Source: Eledone cirrhosa | Taxonomy: Eukaryota | Assembly: GCA_964016885.1 (NCBI GenBank) | Contig: OZ024744.1 | Span: 67,208,001 to 67,272,000, forward strand | Length of the DNA: 64,000 nt | Direction: 5' to 3' | Part shown: piece by piece, positions 1 through 12,100 of the stretch | Layout: every line of letters starts with the position of its first letter | Numbering within the stretch: the stretch's first letter is position 1 | Translations under genes and position numbers: made by a program | Notes under the pieces: model-generated | Databases searched by the model: none | What the model was told of the DNA's origin: nothing | The model's input: the letters and a program-made list of their open reading frames with translations, nothing else

Positions 1-3000
1 GAGGCTGCAATTGCAGAATCACCATTATTTTCAAACAGTATTCCCTGTTGACCTTCAGGTTTTGCTAACATTTTAATATTCTTTGTGACTTTAATTGCAG
101 AATCACCATTATTTTCAAACACTATTCCCTGTTGACCTTCATATTTTGCTAACATTTAAATATTCTTTGTGGCTTTAATTGCAGAATTACCATTATTTTC
201 AAACAGTATTGCCTATTGACCTTCATCTTTTCATGACATTTTAATATATTTTTGTGACCTTAATTGCTGAATCACCATTATTTTCAAATACTATTCCCTG
301 TTGACCTTCATACTTTGCTAATATTTTAATACTCTTTGTGGTTTAAATTGCAGAATCACCATTATTTTCAAACAGTATTCCCTGTTGACCTTCATGTTTT
401 GCTAACATTTCAATATACTTTGCGGCTTTAATTGCAGAATCAGCATCATTTTCAAACAGTATTCCCTGTTGACCTTCATGCTTTCATAACATTTTAATAT
501 ATTTTTGTGGCTTTAATTGCAGAATCACCATTATTTTCAAACACTATTCCCTGTTGACCTTCATGCTTTGCTAATATTTTAATACTTTTTGTGGTTTAAA
601 TTGCAGAATCACCATTATTTTCAAACAGTATTCCCTGTTGACCTTCATGTTTTGCTAACATTTTAATATTCTTTGATGTTTTAATTACAGAATCACCACC
701 ATTTTCAGACAGTATTCCCTGTTGACCTTCATGCTTTGCTAATATTTTTAACACTCTTTGTGGTTTAAATTGCAGAATCACCATTATTTTCAAACAGTAT
801 TCCCTGTTGACCTTCAGGTTTTGCTAATATTTTAATATTCTTTGTGGCTTTAATTTCAGAATCACCATTATTTTCAAAGATTATTCCCTGTTCTACCTTC
901 ATGTTTTGCTAATATTTTAATATACTTTGCGGCTGCAATTGCAGAATCACCATTATTTTCAAACAGTATTCCCTGTTGACATTCAGGTTTTGCTAACATT
1001 TTAATATTCTTTGTGACTTTAATTGCAGAATCACCATTATTTTCAAACAGTATTCCCTGTTGACCTTCATATTTTGCTAACATTTAAATATTCTTTGCGG
1101 CTTTAATTGCAGAATCAGTATTATTTTCAAACGGTTTTCCCTGTTGACCTTCATGCTTTCCTAACGTTTTAATATTCTTTGTGGCTTTAATTGCAGAATC
1201 ACCATTGTTTTCTAACAGTATTCCCTGTTGATCTTCATGTTTAGCTAACATGTAAATATTCTTTGCGGCTTTAATTGCAGAATGACCATTGTTTTCGAAC
1301 AGTATTCCCTGTTGACCTTCATATTTTGCTAACATTTAAATATTCTTTGCGGCTTTAATTGCAGAATCTGTATTTTTTTCAAATAGTATTCCCTGTTGAC
1401 CTTCATGCTTTCCTAACGTTTTAATATTCTTTGTGGCTTTAATTACAGAATCACCATTATTTTCAAACAGTATTCCCTGTTGACCTTCATGTTTTGCTAA
1501 TATTTTTATATTCTTTGTGGCTATAATTGCAGAAACCATTATTTCCAAACATTATTCCCTGTTGACCTTCATATTTTGCTAACACTTAAATAATCTTTGC
1601 GGCTTTAATTGCAGAATCAGTATTATTTTCAAACAGTATTCCCTGTTGACCTTCATGCTTTCCTAACGTTTTAATATTCTTTGTGGCTTTAATTGCAGAA
1701 TCAGTATTATTTTCAAACAGTATTCCCTGTTGACCTTCATGTTTTGCTAATATTTTTATATTCTTTGTGTCTTTAATTGCAGAAACCATTATTTCCAAAC
1801 ATTATTACCTGTTGACCTTCATGTTTTGCTAACATTTTAATATTCTTTGTGGCTTTAATTGCAGAATCACCATTATTTTCAAACAGTATTCCCTGTTGAC
1901 CTTCGTATTTTGCTAACATTTAAATATTCTTTGTGGCTTTAGTTGCAGAATTACCATTATTTTCAAACAGTATTGCCTATTGACCTTCATCTTTTCATGA
2001 CATTTTAATATATTTTTGTGACTTTAATTGCAGAATCACCATTATTTTCAAACACTATTCCCTGTTGACCTTCATACTTTGCTAATATTTTAATACTCTT
2101 TGTGGTTTAAATTGCAGAATCACCATTATTTTCAAACAGTATTCCCTGTTGACCTTCATGTTTTGCTAACATTTCAATATACTTTGCGGCTTTAATTGCA
2201 GAATCAGCATCATTTTCAAACAGTATTCCCTGTTGACCTTCATGCTTTCATAACATTTTAATATATTTTTGTGGCTTTAATTGCAGAATCATCATTATTT
2301 TCAAACACTATTCCCTGTTGACCTTTATGCTTTGCTAATATTTTAATACTTTTTGTGGTTTAAATTGCAGAATCACCATTATTTTCGAACAGTATTCCCT
2401 GTTGACCTTCATATTTTGCTAACACTTAAATATTCTTTGCGGCTTTAATTGCAGAATCAGTATTATTTTCAAACAGTATTCCCTGTTGACCTTCATGCTT
2501 TGCTAATATTTTAATACTCTTTGTGGTTTAAATTGCAGAATCACCATTATTTTCAAACAGTATTCCCTGTTGACCTTCAGGTTTTGCTAATATTTTAATA
2601 TTCTTTGTGGCTTTAATTTCAGAATCACCATTATTTTCAAAGAGTATTCGCTGTTCTACCTTCATGTTTTGCTAATATTTGAATATACTTTGAGGCTGCA
2701 ATTGCAGAATCACCATTATTTTCAAACAGTATTCCCTGTTGACCTTCAGGTTTTGCTAACATTTTAATATTCTTTGTGACTTTAATTGCAGAATCACCAT
2801 TATTTTCAAACACTATTCCCTGTTGACCTTCATATTTTGCTAACATTTAAATATTCTTTGCGGCTTTAATTGCAGAATCAGTATTATTTTCAAACAGTTT
2901 TCCCTGTTGACCTTCATGCTTTCCTAACGTTTTAATATTCTTTGTGGCTTTAATTGCAGAATCACCATTGTTTTCGAACAGTATTCCCTGTTGACCTTCA

Positions 3001-5433
3001 TGTTTAGCTAACATTTAAATATTCTTTGCGGCTTTAATTGCAGAATCACCATTGTTTTCGAACAGTATTCCCTGTTGACCTTCATATTTTGCTAACCTTT
3101 AAATATTCTTTGTGGCTTTAATTGCAGAATCAGTATTATTTTCAAACAGCATTCCCTGATGACCTTCATGCTTTCCTAACGTTTTAATATTCTTTGTGGC
3201 TTTAATTGCAGAATTACCATTATTTTCAAACAGTATTGCCTATTGACCTTCATCTTTTCATAACATTTTAATATTTTTTTTGTGGCTTTAATTGCAGAAT
3301 CACCATTATTTTCAAACAGTATTCCCTGTTTTACCTTCATGTTTTGCTAATATTTTAATATACTTTGCGGCTGCAATTGCAGAATCACCATTATTTTCAA
3401 ACAGTATTCCCTTGTGACCTTCAGGTTTTGCTAACATTTTAATATTCTTTGTGACTTTAATTGCAGAATCACCCTTATTTTCAAACAGTATTCCCTGTTG
3501 ACCTTCATGCTTTCCTAACGTTTTAATATTCTTTGTGGCTTTAATTGCAGAATCACCATTGTTTTCTAACAGTATTCCCTGTTGATCTTCATGTTTAGCT
3601 AACATTTAAATATTCTTTGCGGCTTTAATTGCAGAATCACCATTGTTTTCGAACAGTATTCCCTGTTGACCTTCATATTTTGCTAACATTTAATATTCTT
3701 TGCGGCTTTAATTGCAGAATCAGTATTATTTTCAAATAGTATTCCCTGTTGACCTTCATGCTTTCCTAACGTTTTAATATTCTTTGTGGCTTTAATTACA
3801 GAATCACCATTATTTTCAAACAGTATTCCCTGTTGACCTTCATGTTTTGCTAATATTTTTATATTCTTTGTGGCTTTAATTGCAGAAACCATTATTTCCA
3901 AACATTATTCCCTGTTGACCTTCATATTTTGCTAACACTTAAATATTCTTTGCGGCTTTACTTGCAGAATCAGTATTATTTTCAAACAATATTCCCTGTT
4001 GACCTGCATGCTTTGCTAACGTTTTAATATTCTTTGTGGCTTTAATTGCAGAATCACCATTATTTTCAAAGAGTATTCCCTGTTGACCTTCATGTTTTGC
4101 TAATATTTTTATATACTTTGTGGCTTTAATTGCAGAAACCATTATTTCCAAACATTATTCCCTGTTGACCTTCATGTTTTGCTAACATTTTAATATTCTT
4201 TGTGGCTTTAATTGCAGAATCACCATTATTTTCAAACAGTATTCCCTGTTGACCTTCATATTTTGCTAACATTTAAATATTCTTTGTGGCTTTAATTGCA
4301 GAGTCACCATTATTTTCAAACAGTATTCCCTGTTGACCTTCAAGTTTTGATAACATTTTAATATTCTTGGTGGCTTCCATTGCATAATCACCATTATTTT
4401 CAAACGGTATTCCCTGTAGACCTTGATGATTTGCTAACATTTAAATATTCTTTGCGGCTTTAATTGCAGAATCAGTATTATTTTCAAACAGTATTCCTTG
4501 TTGACCTTCATATTTTGCTAACACTTAAATATTCTTTGCGGCTTTAATTGCAGAATCAGTATTATTTTCGAACAGTAATCCCTGTTGACCTTCATATTTT
4601 GCTAACATTTAAATATTCTTTGTGCCTTTTATTGCAGAATCCCTATTATTTTCAAACAGTATTCCCTGTTGACCTTCATATTTTGCTAAACAATTAAATA
4701 TTCTTTGCGGCTTTAATTGCAGAATCAGTATTATTTCCAAAGAGTATTCCCTGTTGACCTTCATGTTTTGCTAACATTTTAATATTCTTTGTGCCTTTAA
4801 TTGCAGAATCACCATTATTTTCAAAGAGTATTCTCTGATGACCTTCATGCTTTGCAAATATTTTAATACTCTTTGTGGCTTTAATTGCAGAAACGCCATT
4901 ATTTTCAAACACTATTCCCTGTTGAGCTTCATATTTTGCTAACATTTTAATATTCTTTGTGGCTTAAATTGCAGAATCATCATTATTTTCAAACACTATT
5001 CTCTCTTGACCTTCCTGTTTTGCAAAACATTTTAATATTCTTTGTAGAATCACCATTATTTACAAACAGTATTCCCTGTTGACCTTCAACTTTTCCTCAC
5101 ATTTTAATATTTTTTGTGGCTTTAATTGCAGAATCACCATTATTTTCAAAGAGTATTCCCTGTTGACCTTCAAGTTTTGATAACATTTTAATATTCTTTG
5201 TCAATTTAATTGCAGAATCACCGTTATTTTCAAACAGTATTCCCTGTTGGCCTCCAAGTTTTGATAACAATTTAATATTCTTTGTGGCTTCCATTGCAGA
5301 AAAACCATTATTTTCAAAGATTATTCCCTGTTGACCTTCAGGTTTTGCTAATATTTTAATACTCTTTGTGGCTTTAATTTCAGAATCACCATTATTTTCA
5401 AACAGTATTCCATGTTTACCTTCATGTTTTCCC
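1..5433. repeat. 84-bp tandem satellite, left block (runs off the window edge)
   Basis: Unit TTGCAGAATCACCATTATTTTCAAACAGTATTCCCTGTTGACCTTCATGTTTTGCTAACATTTTAATATTCTTTGTGGCTTTAA (84 nt) repeated head-to-tail with substitutions and 1-nt indels; ORF track shows the 28-aa period MLAKHEGQQGILFENNGDSAIKATKNIK. Confidence 0.97.
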
Positions 5434-8400
5434 TCATCATCATCATCATCATCACCGTTTTACGTCCGTTCTTCCACGCTAGCATGGGTTAGACGGGTTG
5501 TCCAGTTGTGGGCAGTGTCTGGTCGGCTGACCATGCCTTGCTCATACAGGAACTGATCTGGCTTGATTTCTACAGCTGGATGCCCTTCCTAACACCAACC
5601 TCATTTACAGTGAGTGCTGGGTGCTTTTTCGTGGCGCCTACACGTCCACTTTACAGTGTGGGCTGGGTGCTTTTTTGCCGTGGCACCTCCACGGCCACCT
5701 TGCGGTGGAGGGGGGGGGGGCATATTGTTTATATGCTTCAGCATGTACCCATGGGAGGTCGGGTACCCTGTATTACTGCGTGACGCCAGAAGTCACGGTC
5801 GTGTGTCATTGACTTTGAGAGGTGTAGTTGGGTAAGGTCGGCTTTTATCACCTCATCCCAAGTCATCTTGGGTCTCCCCACTCCGCGGTTTCCATCAACT
5901 TCTAGTGCTCTGCACCTTTTTATGCAGCTGTCATCCTTCATACGCATCACATGTCCATACCAGCGTAACCGCCTCTCCTGCACGCAGCATTTGATTCCTC
6001 TTATGCTCAGTCTCTCTCTCAATTCCTTTATGCTTTGTCGTTCACGTATATTACTGTTACACATCCATCGGAGCATGCAGGCTTCGTTTCTCTCTAATCT
6101 ACGTAAGTCTTCCACCTTCAGCGTCCAGGTCTCACTACCATGCAACATCGCTGTTCGGATACACGCATCATACAGTCTGCCTTTCATTCTGAGGGAGAAG
6201 CCTTTTGCAGCTAGCAGTGGTAGTAGTTCCCTAAACTTCTTCCATCCCGTTCTTACCCTAGTTATTGTACTTTCTGAGCACCCACCTCCGTTGCTAATTC
6301 GGTCACCTAGGTAGCAGAAGCTGTCTACTGTTTCTACAGGGCCCTCCCAGCGATTGGTGGTACTTGTTTCCTGTGGCTGTTTGCTTGCTGTTTCAGCACA
6401 GCTGCTGCATGTGAATCCTACATTCTTAATTAAGCTTCCTGAGATCCCGCTACATCTCTTGTGTACCCATTGTTTGCATTTGGGGCAGAGAATGGAGTTT
6501 CTACCTACACCTTTCCTACATACTGAGCAAGGCCATTTCCCTGAGGGGATCTGGGTTCTGTTTTCTCGTCTACTTACAAGGACCTTAGTCTTTGTCATGT
6601 TGACTTTGAGGCCCTTTCTCTCTAGTCCCTGCTTCCAGGTTTGGAATTTATTCTCTAGTTCTACCATAGATTCAGCTATGAGTGCGAGGTCATCAGCATA
6701 CAGGAGTTCCCATGGGCATCCGGTCTTAAACTCCTCCGTTATTGCCTGCAGGACTATGATGAACAGGAGAGGGCTAAGAACAGAGCCCTGGTGGACCCCA
6801 ACCTGTACGCTAAATTCCTCGCTATACTCATTGCCAATCCTAACTTTGCTGACTGCTCCCCTATACATGGCTTGTACCGCTTTCACAAGCCATTCATCTA
6901 CTCCTAGTTTTCTAAGAGCCCACCAGATTACTGCACGTGGAACTCTGTCAAAGGCTTTCTCAAGGTCGACAAATGCCAAGTAGAGTGGCTTACTTTTAGC
7001 TAGGTACTTTTCCTGTAATTGCCTCACAAGGAAGAGGGCATCAGTGGTGCCTTTCCCTGGTACAAACCCAAATTGCATCTCGTCTATATTCACCCGGTCC
7101 CTAATCAGCTGTGCTATAACTCTTTCTGTTACTTTCATGACCTGGTCCATCAACTTTATACCTCTATAGTTTCCTCTATCTAGTGCATCGCCTTTACCTT
7201 TGTAGCAGTTGACAATGATGCTACTGCACCAATCTTTTGGTATGGCCCCCTCTAGTATTACCTGGTTAACGATACGTGTGGTTATAGTGTGACCTACAGA
7301 CCCAGATGCCTTCAGCATCTCGGCAGCTATACCCGATGGACCGGTTGCCTTCCCTATCTTCATATCTCTGATTGCCTTACTTACTACGCTGCCGCTGACT
7401 TGTACTGCTGGTCCCTCTATAGGGTCTACGTGGGGTAGGGTCTCTTCTTCCCATGCATTCTCCTCATTTAGTAATCTATCATAATGACTCTTCCATGCAT
7501 CTTTCTTCTCAGCACTTGTGAGGGCAAGCTCACCTTTATCATTCCGGATACACTTCTCTCCAATGACATCACAACTATCTCTGACACACTGCCTCGCAAT
7601 CTTGAATACCTCCTGTTTCTGGTCCTCACGTTGTAAAACATGCTTGAATTTTCTATCCTCTGCTTCCCTCCTAGCTAAGTATACTTGTCGCCTAGCTTCC
7701 CTCTTGGTCTCTATGTAATGTACCCTGCTCCCCCCGTTCTTCCATTCTTTCCATGCCTGTCTCTTGGCCTTGACTGCTTCATCTACCTTATTGTTCCACC
7801 ACCAAGTCACTCTCCTCCTGCTTGAGGTCTTACTCCAGCCACAAACCTCATCTGTCGCCTCTAGTAAGTTATTTTTTAGGAACTCCCAGTTCTCTTCTAC
7901 GTTAAATGTCTCTATCTGTTCTTCTTTACTGTCGTAGGCGTTGAGTAAAATATCTTTAAATCTGTTACTGGTTGAGGGGACTTTCAGCTTCCAGATCTTT
8001 CTTCTCCAGGTTGGCCTCTGTTTCAGGGCTCGTCTAGTTCTGACCGTGAGGTCGCTGACAACTAAGCTATGTTGGGATGTACATTCCTCACTAGGGAAGG
8101 CTTTTGTGTTTACGACCGTCCATCTGTCACGTCCTCTGATGAGGATAAAATCTAACTGACTAGAGTGCTCCCCTGATCTATAGGTGATCAGGTGGTTGTC
8201 GGGTTTTTTAAAGTTTGTGTTACATATCGACATGTCATTGGCGTCGCAGAATTCTAGAAGTCTGAATCCTTCCTCATTCCTTGTGCCAACTCCATGGCCT
8301 CCATGTACTCTATTGAAGCCGTCGCAGTGTTTACCTACGTGTCCGTTAAAATCTCCTGCAATGATTAGGAAGTCCTTGTCGTCTGTTAGAGCAGTAGTGT

Positions 8401-9122
8401 GTATTAGGGACTCGTAAAACCTATCCTTAAGTTCGTCTGGCAGCCCCGATTGGGGTGCGTAAGCTGATATTATTGTGGTAATTGTCTTATTCAGGACTAG
8501 TCTAAGTTTAATGATTCTTGCATTTACCCTGTACACTGAGATTACTTTATCTACCCACTTGTCAGCTAATAGTATACCTACACCACCCATCCCATCGTCA
8601 TTTCCCACCCAGAAAAATTTGTAGCACTGGCTTTTTCCTACAAGGACTCTAGCAGACCCTCCTCTCCATCTAGTCTCTTGCACACAGCATACATCAACTT
8701 CCTTTCGCTCTAGCATTTCTACGATTTCTCCTGCTCTTCCTTTCATTGAGCCTACATTGATGGTACCAACTCGGAGTTTTGGGCATTTGTCGACACTCGT
8801 AGGGGAGGGTCTCTGGGTTGGCGCTTCACGTGGGTGCTTGGTAGCTCGCAGATTCATATTTCATCTATTGATTCAGAGGTGCTCGTGTATTCCCAGCTCA
8901 TCAATCCATAACGGTGGGAAAATTGAGGGCTAGAAGAACAGTGGTGGTGGGGTAATGGCAGGGTGTGTTGGGATGCGCCAGAGGAGGAGAGAGTTAGTTA
9001 GGCAGGTAGTAGCAGCAGCAGTGGAAATGGCATGCTAGGTTTGATTGGTCGAATAGACTATGGTGGTGTGTGGGGGTGGGGGGGAGGGAAATTGTGAGGT
9101 AGGAACTGAGGGTCGCATGGTA
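5434..9122 (-). mobile_element. RTE-clade non-LTR retrotransposon, apparently intact, inserted in the satellite
   Basis: Single APE+RT ORF; (TGA)7 3' tail (plus-strand TCA x7 at 5434-5454); ~280-nt 3' UTR; ~265-nt 5' leader; satellite phase resumes across the insertion (…ttttccctca | cattttattattc…). Confidence 0.93.
5738..8857 (-). CDS. LINE ORF: AP-endonuclease + reverse transcriptase (RTE clade) with C4HC3 PHD-like finger
   Basis: 1039 aa without stops; APE motifs TINVGS, VQETRW, SAYAPQ, AGDFNGH, LDFIL, SQHSLV; RT motifs NYRGIKL, QFGF, FVDLEKAFD, GVHQGSVLSPLLF, YADD, FCYLG; RTE C-terminal LRWYGHVMRM…GRPKMTW. Confidence 0.95.
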   Translation of the reverse strand: MNLRATKHPREAPTQRPSPTSVDKCPKLRVGTINVGSMKGRAGEIVEMLERKEVDVCCVQETRWRGGSARVLVGKSQCYKFFWVGNDDGMGGVGILLADKWVDKVISVYRVNARIIKLRLVLNKTITTIISAYAPQSGLPDELKDRFYESLIHTTALTDDKDFLIIAGDFNGHVGKHCDGFNRVHGGHGVGTRNEEGFRLLEFCDANDMSICNTNFKKPDNHLITYRSGEHSSQLDFILIRGRDRWTVVNTKAFPSEECTSQHSLVVSDLTVRTRRALKQRPTWRRKIWKLKVPSTSNRFKDILLNAYDSKEEQIETFNVEENWEFLKNNLLEATDEVCGWSKTSSRRRVTWWWNNKVDEAVKAKRQAWKEWKNGGSRVHYIETKREARRQVYLARREAEDRKFKHVLQREDQKQEVFKIARQCVRDSCDVIGEKCIRNDKGELALTSAEKKDAWKSHYDRLLNEENAWEEETLPHVDPIEGPAVQVSGSVVSKAIRDMKIGKATGPSGIAAEMLKASGSVGHTITTRIVNQVILEGAIPKDWCSSIIVNCYKGKGDALDRGNYRGIKLMDQVMKVTERVIAQLIRDRVNIDEMQFGFVPGKGTTDALFLVRQLQEKYLAKSKPLYLAFVDLEKAFDRVPRAVIWWALRKLGVDEWLVKAVQAMYRGAVSKVRIGNEYSEEFSVQVGVHQGSVLSPLLFIIVLQAITEEFKTGCPWELLYADDLALIAESMVELENKFQTWKQGLERKGLKVNMTKTKVLVSRRENRTQIPSGKWPCSVCRKGVGRNSILCPKCKQWVHKRCSGISGSLIKNVGFTCSSCAETASKQPQETSTTNRWEGPVETVDSFCYLGDRISNGGGCSESTITRVRTGWKKFRELLPLLAAKGFSLRMKGRLYDACIRTAMLHGSETWTLKVEDLRRLERNEACMLRWMCNSNIRERQSIKELRERLSIRGIKCCVQERRLRWYGHVMRMKDDSCIKRCRALEVDGNRGVGRPKMTWDEVIKADLTQLHLSKSMTHDRDFWRHAVIQGTRPPMGTC

Positions 9123-12100
9123 CATTTTATTATTCTTTACGGCTTTAATTGCAGAATCACCATTGTTTTCAAACAGTATTCCCTGTTGACCTTCATGATT
9201 TGCTAACATTTTAATATTCTTTGCGGCTTTAATTGAAGAATCACCATTATTTTCAAACAGTATTCCCTGTAGATCTTCATGATTTGCTAACATTTTAATA
9301 TTCTTTGCGGCTTTAATTGCAGAATCACCATTATTTTCAAACAGTATTCCCTGTAGACCTTCATGATTTGCTAACATTTAAATATTCTTTGTGGCTTTAA
9401 TTGCAGAATCAACATTATTTTCAAACAGTATTCCCTGTAGACCTTCATGTTTTGCAAACGTTTTAATATTCTTTGTCAATTTAATAGCAGAATCACAGTT
9501 ATTTTCAAACAGTATTCCCTGTTGACCTTCATGTTTTGTAACATTTTAATTTTCTTTGTGGATTTAATTGCAGAATCAGCATTATTTTCAAACAGTATTC
9601 CCTGTTGACCTTCATGTTTTGGTAACATTTTAATATTCTTTTTGGCTTTAATTGCAGAATCACCATTATCTTCAAACAGTATTCCCTGTTGACCTTCGTG
9701 TTTTGCTAACATTTAAATATTGTTTGCGGCTTTAATTGCAGAAGCACCATTATTTTCAAACAGTATTCCCTGTTGAGCTTCATGTTTTCCTCACATATTA
9801 ATATTCTTTCTGGCTTTAATTGCAGAATCACCATTATTTTCAAACAGTATTCCCTGTTGACCTTCATGTTTGGCTAATATTTTAATATACTTTGTGGCTT
9901 TAATTGCAGAATCACCATTATATACAAACAGTATTCCCTGTTGACCTTCATGTTTTGATAACATTTTAATATTCTTTGTGGCTTTAATTGCAGAATCACC
10001 ATTATTTTCAAACAGTATTCCCTGTTGACCTTCATGTTTGGCTAATATTTTAATATTCTTTGTGGCTTTAATTGCAGAATCACCATTATTTTCAAACAGT
10101 ATTCCCTCTTGACCTTCATGTTTGGCTAATATTTTAATATTCTTTGTGGCTTTAATTGCACAATCAGCATTCTTTTCAAACAGTATTCCCTGTTGACCTT
10201 CATGTTTTGCTAACATTTCAATATACTTTGCGGCTTTAATAGCAGAATCAGCATCATTTTCAAACAGTATTCCCTGTTGACCTTCATTGTTTTCATAACA
10301 TTTTAATAATATTTGTGGCTTTAATTGCAGAATCGCCATTATTTTCAAATACTATTCCCTGTTGACCTTCATGCTTTGCTAATAGTTTAATACTCTTTGC
10401 GCTTTAAATTGCAGAATCACCATTATTTTCAAACAGTATTCCCTCTTGACCTTCATGTTTTGCTAATATTTTAATACTCTTTGTGGCTTTAATTGCAGAA
10501 GCACCATTATTTTAGAACAGTATTCCCTAATGAGCTTCATGTTTCCCTCACATATTAATATTCTTTGTGGCTTTAATTGCAGAATCACCATTATTTTCAA
10601 ACAGTATTCCCTGTTGACCTTCATGTTTGGCTACTATTTTACTATTCTTTGTGGCTTTAATTGCAGAATCACCATTATTTTCAAAGAGTATTCCCTGTTG
10701 ACCTTCAAGTTTTGATAACATTTTAATATTCTTTGTGGCTTCCATTGCAGAATAACCATTATTTTCAAACAGTACTCCATGTTGACCTTCATGTTAGGCT
10801 AATATTAATATTCTTTTTGGCTTTAATTGCAGAACCACCATCATTTTCAAACAGTACTTCCTGTTGACCTTCAGGTTTTGCTAACATTTTAATATTATCT
10901 GTGGGCTTTAATTGCAGAAACACCATTATTTTCAAAGAGTATTCCCTGTTGACCTTCACGTTTTGCTAATATTTTAATACTCTTTGTGGCTTTAATTGCA
11001 GAATGTCCATTATTTTCAAACAGTATTCCCTGTTTACCTTCATGTTTTCCTCACGTTTTAATATTCTTTACGGCTTTAATTGCAGAATCACCATTGTTTT
11101 CGAACAGTATTCCCTGTTGACCATCATGATTTGCTAACATTTTAAATTCTTTGAGGCTTTACTTGCAGAATCACCATTATTTTCAAACAGTATTCCCTAT
11201 TGATCTTCATGATTTGCTAACATTTTAATATTCTTTACAGCTTTAATTGCAGTATCACCATTATTTTCAAACAGTATTCCCTGTTAAGATTCATGTTTTG
11301 CAAACATTTTAATATTTTTTTGTGGCTTTAATTGCAGAATCACCATTATTTTCAAACAGTATTCCATCTTGACCTTCATGTTTTGCTAATATTTTAATAT
11401 TCTTTGTGGCTTTAATTGCAGAATCACCATTATTTTCAAACAGTATTCCCTGTTGACCTTCATCTTTTCCTCACATTTTAATATTTTTTGTGGCTTTAAT
11501 TGCAGAAATCATTATATTCAAACAGTATTCCCTGTAGACCTTCATATTTTGCTAACATTAAAATATTGTTTGCAGCTTTAATTGCAGAATCAGCATTATT
11601 TTCAAACATTATTCCCTGTTGACCTTCATGTATTGCTCATATTTTAATATTATCTGTGGCTTTAATTGCAGAAGCACCATTATTTCCAAACAGTATTCCC
11701 TGTTGACCTTCATGTTTTGATAACATTTTAATATTCTTTGTGTCTTTAATTGCAGAATCAGCATCATTTTCAAACAGTATTCCCTGTTGACCTTCATTGT
11801 TTTCATAACATTTTAATAATATTTGTGGCTTTAATTGCAGAATCACCATTATTTTCAAATACTATTCCCTGTTGACCTTCATGCTTTGCTAATAGTTTAA
11901 TACTCTTTGTGCTTTAAATTGCAGAATCACCATTATTTTCAAAAAGTATTCCCTCTTGACCTTCATGTTTTGCTAATATTTTAATACTCTTTGTGGCTTA
12001 AATTGCAGAAGCACCATTATTTTAGAACAGTATTCCCTGATGAGCTTCATGTTTCCCTAACATATTAATATTCTTTGTGGCTTTAATTGCAGAATCACCA

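Noticed and set aside
5868-8417. Plus-strand ORFs within the RTE element
   Set aside because: Antisense shadows of the RT ORF with no recognisable motifs
8994-9377. 127-aa ORF as RTE ORF1
   Set aside because: Chimeric: starts in satellite monomers and reads across the insertion junction
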